From Salpingoeca rosetta (lineage: Eukaryota > Protista > Choanoflagellata), in NCBI GenBank assembly GCA_033442325.1, contig JAWQFM010000002.1, forward strand, positions 2,135,349-2,199,348: a stretch of 64,000 nucleotides of DNA. Direction: 5' to 3'. The notes under the pieces were generated by a model. That model worked only from the letters and a program-made list of their open reading frames with translations, did no database searches and had not been told where the DNA came from. Positions 40,089-64,000 of the stretch are shown here, piece by piece. The position numbers and the translations under genes were made by a program. Positions within the stretch are counted from its first letter, which is position 1. Every line of letters begins with the position of its first letter.

Positions 40089-42699
40089 ATGGAGGCGAGG
40101 GTGGAAGAGTTGGTGCAGGCCAAGAACAGCGGCAGCCTGACAGCGGACGAGAGAGAGACGAGGATACAGACGCTCTTGGCAGAGCTTGACAATACCAAAG
40201 ATGACATACACCCTGCGACCCTCGAATATCTCCAGGGACGCCTCCTTTCGCTCCGAGAACCCCTCGATCCACAGGTCTGTATGTATGTGTGTGTGTGTGT
40301 GTGTGTCGGTGTGTGTGTCGGTGTGTGTGTCGGTGTGTGTGTCGGTGTGTGTGTCGGTGTGTGTGTCGGTGTATGTGTGGTACTATTTGTGGGTTTGGTT
40401 GAGTTTGCTGTGCACCTTGGTAATCTGCACACTGAAGGGATGTCTCAAATTTAAACCTATTGACGCTGCGTCCTGCCTCCTCATCCATATCAACGGTGGC
40501 AGTGTGAGGCTGCGTTGACCAAGAGCGTGAAGCTCAATCCAAAGAATATCGATGCGTGGAATCTGCTGGGAGAGGTCTTCTGGCGGAAAGGCGACCTGTT
40601 CGAGAGCACAAGGTGAGGCTGCCTCGCCCCCTGTCGCTCAAAGAAAAGCGGCATACACATGCTGGTCCCTTTCCTTGCTGGTATCAACCGGATGCGCATG
40701 TTTCTGCTCACACAGCCCCTGACCGAACACAAACCCTACGCACGTGTAGGTGTTTTGAGATGGCGTTGCACAGAGAAGAGAACGCAGAGAGTCTTCGCAA
40801 CTTGAGCATGATCACGCGCAAGAAGCGCGTCTCCACCCGCGCCGAGGAGAAGCGCAACATTGAGGAGAGCATCGAGCTGGCCAAGAAGGTCAGACGGTGG
40901 TCGCGTATCCCAGGGCCTGCAGTGCACAGGCGTGCGTGTTTTGAGGATGAAGGCATGTCTTCTTTGTGTGCTGCTCTGCCCATGTACTCATGCGCGATGT
41001 GCTTGCATGCGCTGCATCTCTGCTGCAGGCCATTGCGTTGGATTTCAGCTCTGGTCGATCTTGGTTTGTCTTGGGAAATGCCTACCTCACCCTCTTCTTC
41101 TCATTCTCCAAACAAGACGACCATCTCCAGCAGGTGTGTGTATGCATGTGCACGTGCATGTGTGTATGTGGGTGTGGGTGTGGGTGGGTGTGGGTGTGCA
41201 TGCATGTATGTATGTATGTATGTATGTATGTATGTATGTATGTATGTATGTATGTGTGTGTGTGTGCATGTATGTATGTGCGTGTGTGAGTGTGTGTGGG
41301 TGTCAGCATTTGGTTGATGATGTGAGCAAGCAGCAGCATGCACGCGCGCGCGCAACACAGATAACAACTAACTCGCCCATTCCCCTCTTGTGTCGTACGG
41401 GTCCTCTCCGTCTCTTAACCTGTCTCACCAGTCATTGAAAGCGTTTAACCGCGCCACACTGGACAAGAGGGAAGCAGACCACAACCCGGATCTCCATCAC
41501 AACAGAGGCACTGTCAGTACCAATGTCTACGCTGCCGCTGGCTGCACTGGGGAACGTGTTTGATATTCTCTTGTGTTCGGTGTTGAAGGAAAGCACCACC
41601 TGCGCACACTTAATCCCGACAGCTGCACGTGTGCGTTTTCGCGTCTGTGTACACCCTACTCACACCTCACACACAATACAACGCATCATCACTGACCCGC
41701 TTGTCCACACACGGCACATCACAACGCAACGCGACACACCACACCACACGACACATGACATACCACACATCACGCGTCCCACAACCACCATCACCACCCC
41801 TCATTCACAACACCACCGCCACCATGTCCACGGATCAGCTGCTCAAGTACATTGAGGACTTCGCTGGTGCGCTGGCTGCGCTGCGACAGGCCGTTCGTCT
41901 TGATCCCGACCTCGCCTTCTCCAGATCCCTCCACGCAGCCATCGTCGCGCAGATACAGTCTGTCGCAGCAGCCATAGCCAGGAAGGTCCGTCGTCGTCGT
42001 CGTTGTCGTCGTCGTTGTCGTCGTCGTGGTGGTGGTGATGGTGGTGGTGGTGATGGTGGTGGTGGTGGTGGTGGTGGTGGACGAGGGATTGGGTGGCGGA
42101 CTGCGGAGATGTAGACGAGTGACACGCGCGCGCGTGTGTGTGTGTGTGTTTTCGCTCGAGGCTGCTCATCTGATTATGTGTGTCCATCCATGTGCATGCG
42201 TGTGTGCAGGGGAGCATCAAGACGAAGCGTGTGCAGCAGTACCAGTCGCAAGTGGAAGCAGCAGCAACAAAGCAGCCGGAGGGTACAACCTGCTGTTGTA
42301 TCGATGACCTGCAACAGGGGGACAACTCGGGCAAGGTCGGTGCTGTGCCAGCACTGGAGGCGAGCGGGGAGGAGATATAACAGCTGAGATTGTCGTTGCG
42401 CTGAGTCGAGCAGTGTATTCGTGAGCGTGTGTGTGAGTGTGTGTGAGTGTGTGTGAAAGCGAGTGTCAGAGACAGGTAGACAAGCAGGTCGACGAAACAC
42501 CCACCCACACACAAGTGCATTGCAAGGGTGTGCTGCTCCTGCTCACCTTGTGGCCCCATCGCATTGCTGCAGACGTTGGTCGTTAAGTCCATCACCATCC
42601 TGACCCGCGAACCCATGCCGCAGTGCGTACCATTCATCACCACATGCACGCTGTGTGTGAGAGAGCTACCATTGGCGCGTGTGTGTCGTGTGTCGTGTG

Positions 42700-42741
<42 letters not shown>

Positions 42742-43518
42742 GAGCTACCGTGTGTGTGTGTGTGTGTGTCGTGTGTCGTGTACATCTATGTGCACATCTG
42801 TGTGTGCTTAGTGTTGCCTCAAGGTACAAGAGGGTACCGCGTTTCTCGTGCTCACTTGCAAGGTGTGTGGTCCGTGCTGTTTGTTTGTTGACGACAGATT
42901 ATTTCTCGTGCTGGATCAGCGTGGACAGTTTGCCTGTTTATCAGGTATGAGTAGTGGTGTACAGCAATGGCAGTGACAGCTGCTGCTGTGGCCACGTCAT
43001 GGTTTGCTTGTGTGATTGTCCAATGCACGCACACTGCGCACAACACACCAGGCTTTCCTTTTGCTTTATTCGACACACACATACACACACTCATACTCAC
43101 TCACTCACGCCACCCCCTCCTCTGGTGCAGTGTACAATGCGCGAGACAATGTGCTGCTGGCAGGGGATGTGCTGACGATCAAGGACCCTGTTCGGCGCGA
43201 TGTTGACATTCGCGGAGATGAGGAGTTGGGCGACGTCGCATATCCGTCCATCCGCGTGGAACTTCCCACCGCCATCACCCGCAACGGCCGCAAACTCGGT
43301 GAGCGCCATAGCCAAGGGAAGGGGGGGGGGCGGGCGCTTGGTGGAGTAAGAAGGAGGTGTGTGGGTGTGTGTGTGGGTGGGTGTGTGGGTGTGATGCCTG
43401 GCTTGGGGGGATTGCGTGTGCGTTCTCACACAGCAGCACGCGCGTTTGGGTTTTGGTTGCACCACACACAGGTCGAGACACACTTGTTGCAGCGCACCTG
43501 TCTCTGCACAACAAATAA
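40089..43518 (+). CDS. TTC5: Tetratricopeptide repeat protein 5 (TTC5/STRAP): TPRs plus C-terminal OB fold
   Basis: LTKSVKLNP...AWNLLGEVFWRKGD, SLRNLSMITR, GRSWFVLGNAYLTLFF, NPDLHHNRGT, GSIKTKR and VYNA...GDVLTIKDP...SIRVELP...RNGRKL. The final exon GRDTLVAAHLSLHNK* is inferred. Confidence 0.92.
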
Positions 43519-43779
43519 TAACGTAAACGCCACACTCGCCGTACACATACAAAGTCCCATAGCCACGCACGCATGCGCGTGGCGAAGCGAGGGAGACAAG
43601 GACGAGGGACGTACAGTGGATTGCTCCAAGGCATGTGGAGAGCATACACACCGTGCTTTGAGAAACAAACACACACACACACACACACGCACACAACAAA
43701 CAACAAACAATAAGAAAAAAACCGCGCCAACACACATCGACACAGCACCAACAACAGCCACCACCGACAGCGGTGCACG

Positions 43780-49635
<5,856 letters not shown>

Positions 49636-49792
49636 TCCATGTGTGTCTGCGTGCGCGTGTGTGTGCGTCTGTGTGCGCGCGCGTGTGCGTGTGAGTGAGT
49701 CAGCAGAGAGAGTGTGTGTGTGTGTTGAAGTCCATAGCCATCAAGCACGAGTACATGACAACACTGTCAAGGTGTCAATGCGCACCAATGTC

Positions 49793-49865
<73 letters not shown>

Positions 49866-50736
49866 AGTGTCAAGTTTAAATTTCGCGGCAGAAACGTTGC
49901 AGCCCATTAAAAGTGCATCACATCTGACCGTCGTCACGGTTTTCTGCCCGACTTTCCCTTTGTTTTGTCAGGCGGCGACATTCACATGCAGTCCTTTTTG
50001 GGAGCACCCACAGCACACGCCGCAGAGCACCTCACCGCGTCGCCCGCCCACCTCTACTTCTTGCTGGGTTGCGCTGCCTTCCCCCGTCACCGCCGCCACC
50101 AGCAGCAGCAGGCAAGTGAAGCAAGCAAGCGAGTGGGGAATCAAGCAAGGAAGCGAGAAGTGAGCACGATTTTGTGTCACATTGGTCCTGGTTTGTTGCG
50201 TTTGTTGGGGCCCGTTGCTTGCTTGGCCAGCGCGCCACTTCGCTTGTTTGCTTGCTTGCCTTGCGTCCTCCTCAACTGTTGCCACGGCGTGCTATTGCAG
50301 CCTCTGTGTCCTTGTGTGAGGGTGTGCGAGAGAAAGTCGGTGTGTGCAACTGTTCCAACTGACATCGCAGCACATAACGCATCACCACCACCACCTCTGC
50401 ATCTTCGCTCGCTGGCTACTCCGCCATCAACCCCCCCCCCCACCTCATTCACTTCAGCAGCCAGTGCCCACACACTCACACGACACACACGCGCGCTCCC
50501 ACTTCCTTATCACGCCCGTCCTTGACGTATCTGCGCCTTCGCAGATCTGTGACGTCAGCAGACCAGCACAAGCGGCTACCCCCCCCCCCCCCCCTTTCCA
50601 CACCAATACGCAGAGGACCAACCCAATCCATTCGTTTGCACACCAACCCCTGCCTTCTGCCTCAGCCAGTGCCAGAGTGGATGCTGCCACAATACCGAAC
50701 TAACGCCGGGCACGCGTGATTTGCCCTCAACTCATC

Positions 50737-61466
<10,730 letters not shown>

Positions 61467-61510
61467 CATGAACCGTGTGAAGTTGGAGAGGGCGGGTTGT
61501 AGTTGAGCGT

Positions 61511-61582
<72 letters not shown>

Positions 61583-62060
61583 CTGTATCTGTCTGAGCAG
61601 TTTGTCTTTCCTGACGTGCGTGCTCATAAGCATGTATGCAATTGTGTTAACTTGACTTGCTTTTCGTTTTTGTTTTGTGGCATACGAACTGCCCGTCACT
61701 GTATTTGAGCGCAACGGCAGCTTCGCACTTGCTTCACGTGTGAGGTGGCTGTACCACCGCCAAGAGTGGCCGCGCATGCACCCAACAACATGTGTGCACG
61801 GGGTCCCTCTGGGTCTGAATTACATGATGTCATAACGGACGCCACGGCCAATCAAACATATGTGTCTGTGGAGGATTGCGGGTGGGAGGGGAGGTGCGCA
61901 ACAGCACATGTGTGCGCAGAAGGCACACACTCACATAGAGAGAGAGAGAGAGTATGTGTGTTGTGAGTATGAGTGTGAGTGTGAGTGTAAACACACACAC
62001 ACACGCACGCACACACACGCACACACGCACACACACGCGCGCGCGCACACACTCATACAC

Positions 62061-63048
62061 TCAGATGGCATCGCCCCATGTGCCACCAAGGTTAAAGGCA
62101 TACGACACCCTGTGCTCGCGCGTGTTGGAGCCCTGTACCACCTGGTGCTGCAACCAGCTCGGAAACACAATGAGGTCACCCTCTCGCGGATGGAAGCCGG
62201 CCTTTGTCGGCATGGGCGCGCTGATGCGATCAGAGACAGCGAGGGTGCGCGGGTCCTGAAACACAATGTGGCCGGCACCTTCGGGGACCTTGGAGTAGTA
62301 CACGGCGCTCAAGGCGTTGTTCTGGTGCACGTGCTGTGCGTGCGTGCTCGCGCCAATGTGCACCGTGGCCCAGGCAAACAGGTCCATCTCGCGCGTGTCC
62401 ATTTGCCGGCCCATGCAATGCAGCGTCGCGCTCATGTACTTTCGGATGAGCGATCGGAGCTGCGCAAAGGCAGGCAGCACTGCAAGGTCGTGCCAGCCTG
62501 TGGCGTCTTCGCCCACGCGCCCATCGCTGTAGCGTGGCGACCGTGGGTGAAGCAAGCCCTGTTGCCACTGGAAGAAGAGCGTGTTCACTGCCGACAGCGT
62601 GATGTTGGTGTCTGCGCCCACGCGAGCGAAGCTTGCCCACTTGTCGATGGCGATGCTGTTTAAGGCGCTGTTCAAGGCGACAAGGTCGTCGACGTCGCCG
62701 GCCTCCTTCACGTTCACGTGCAACAGCGGTGTAGCAAATAGGTCATGCACGCGATATGGCTCAGCTCGCTCCGTGCTCCAAGCGGGGTGGAAGGCTCTGC
62801 AAGCAGCAGAGCTGCGAAGCGGGCGCGTGTCCACGGCAGCGATGCTGTCACCATCATCATCAACCATACTGTGCTTGCTATCGTCGCTGACGAGTCGCAG
62901 CGCGAGAGCGATGCGTTCCTGCCTGGATGTGGCGGCTGTCCACTGCTGCTCCAGCCGCGTGCAGCGGTCCTTGATGAGGGCAAACTCGGCTTCCCCCAGC
63001 TGGTACTTGATGAAACCGTAGTACTTGCGCAACAGGGCAGCGTAGTGC

Positions 63049-63088
<40 letters not shown>

Positions 63089-63626
63089 TCAATGGTGAAG
63101 GAGAGAGTGTATGTTCCTCACTGCGCTTGGCTGCGACTGAGCTGTCGTCGGCGACATGCCCATGTGCTCGTTGGTGCCCAGAGGCGTTGCTCCCACGGCC
63201 TGCACGGCCATCGTCGCCATCCTCCTCATGTTCACGGGCTTCCTGCGCGACGAGCGCAGCGATTGTGGCTGCACGAAGCATGTGCCAGGGCTGAACGAGC
63301 TGGAAGTGGAGATCGGCCACCTGGGCCCAAATGCTGGCGTCCATTGGCTGCTGGACGAGCGCCATGGACAGGTACGCGTTGACAACGGCGCCCACGTCCT
63401 TGGAGGGCGCGTCTGCAAAGTCGCGATGCAGCTGCTGTGCCCGCTTCACCAACTCCGCAGCGCTGAACTGCATCAAGCGCGCAGACACCTGGCTGTGCCC
63501 CATTGTCTCTCCAGCATCCACTCCACCCGCAGCCGCATGCTGCGCATCCCCACCACACGGCAGCCACACAACACCAGCCACCACCACACCCACCACCACC
63601 ACCAGTGGTAGCGCTGCCCTTCGCAT
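62061..63626 (-). CDS. Putative 2OG-Fe(II) oxygenase (TIGR02466-like) with signal peptide/anchor; intronless
   Basis: LFATPL...N..L, WATVH..ASTHAQHVHQNNALSAVYY.KVP...GHIVFQDPR, PREGDLIVFPSWLQHQV and RVSYAFNL give the HxH...H...RxS double-stranded beta-helix pattern. N-terminus is MRRAALPLVVVVGVVVAGVVW. Confidence 0.85.
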
Positions 63627-63836
63627 TGTGTGGAATGCCCGCAAGCGACACACCGCCGTGGTCGCCACCAGTTGGAGAAGGCAGGAAGCAGAAGAAAGCA
63701 CAAGACAGCAAGGCCCCGTTGCATAGCACGTTCTGTTGCTTGGTTCCTCTGGTGTGTTGTTTTGGGAACTGGATGATGACGACATTCGACTTGTTGCTTG
63801 CATTCGTTTAATCGCGTTGAGTGTTGTGTTGTGTGG

Positions 63837-63928
<92 letters not shown>

Positions 63929-64000
63929 TGTGTGTGTGGACGACTGAGTAATAAACGATTACGTAGTGATGGCGTGAAGAGAGTATTACAGTGAGAAAGA

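Overview
Eukaryotic, intron-rich genomic DNA. Most introns are filled with (CA)n/(GT)n microsatellites and there are four N gaps. Style and gene content (SOS with histone folds, EMRE, GOLGA7, a Notch-like ankyrin receptor) point to a unicellular holozoan, most likely a choanoflagellate such as Salpingoeca rosetta (inference). Most ORF-track entries are microsatellite artefacts, so I rebuilt genes by hand from GT-AG junctions and phase consistency. Genes in order: RPS14 (3' part), EMRE/SMDT1, Sds3/BRMS1-like, A/B-type cyclin, GOLGA7/Erf4, a large DUF1765-like protein with an N-terminal FFAT-like motif, an uncertain gene with a frameshifted SAM-like region, histone H1, SOS RasGEF, endonuclease V, TTC5, ASH2L, a ~2,900-aa single-pass receptor, and an intronless TIGR02466-type 2OG-Fe(II) oxygenase. 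The standout is the receptor at 50737-61466. It has a signal peptide, a Cys-rich/mucin/IPT-like ectodomain, a juxtamembrane SEA-like domain with an RGRR furin-type site, a TM helix, a WxP motif, Notch-like ankyrin repeats and a C-terminal bZIP. It is a candidate Notch-like receptor carrying its own DNA-binding domain. All family assignments come from recalled motif similarity, not database searches.
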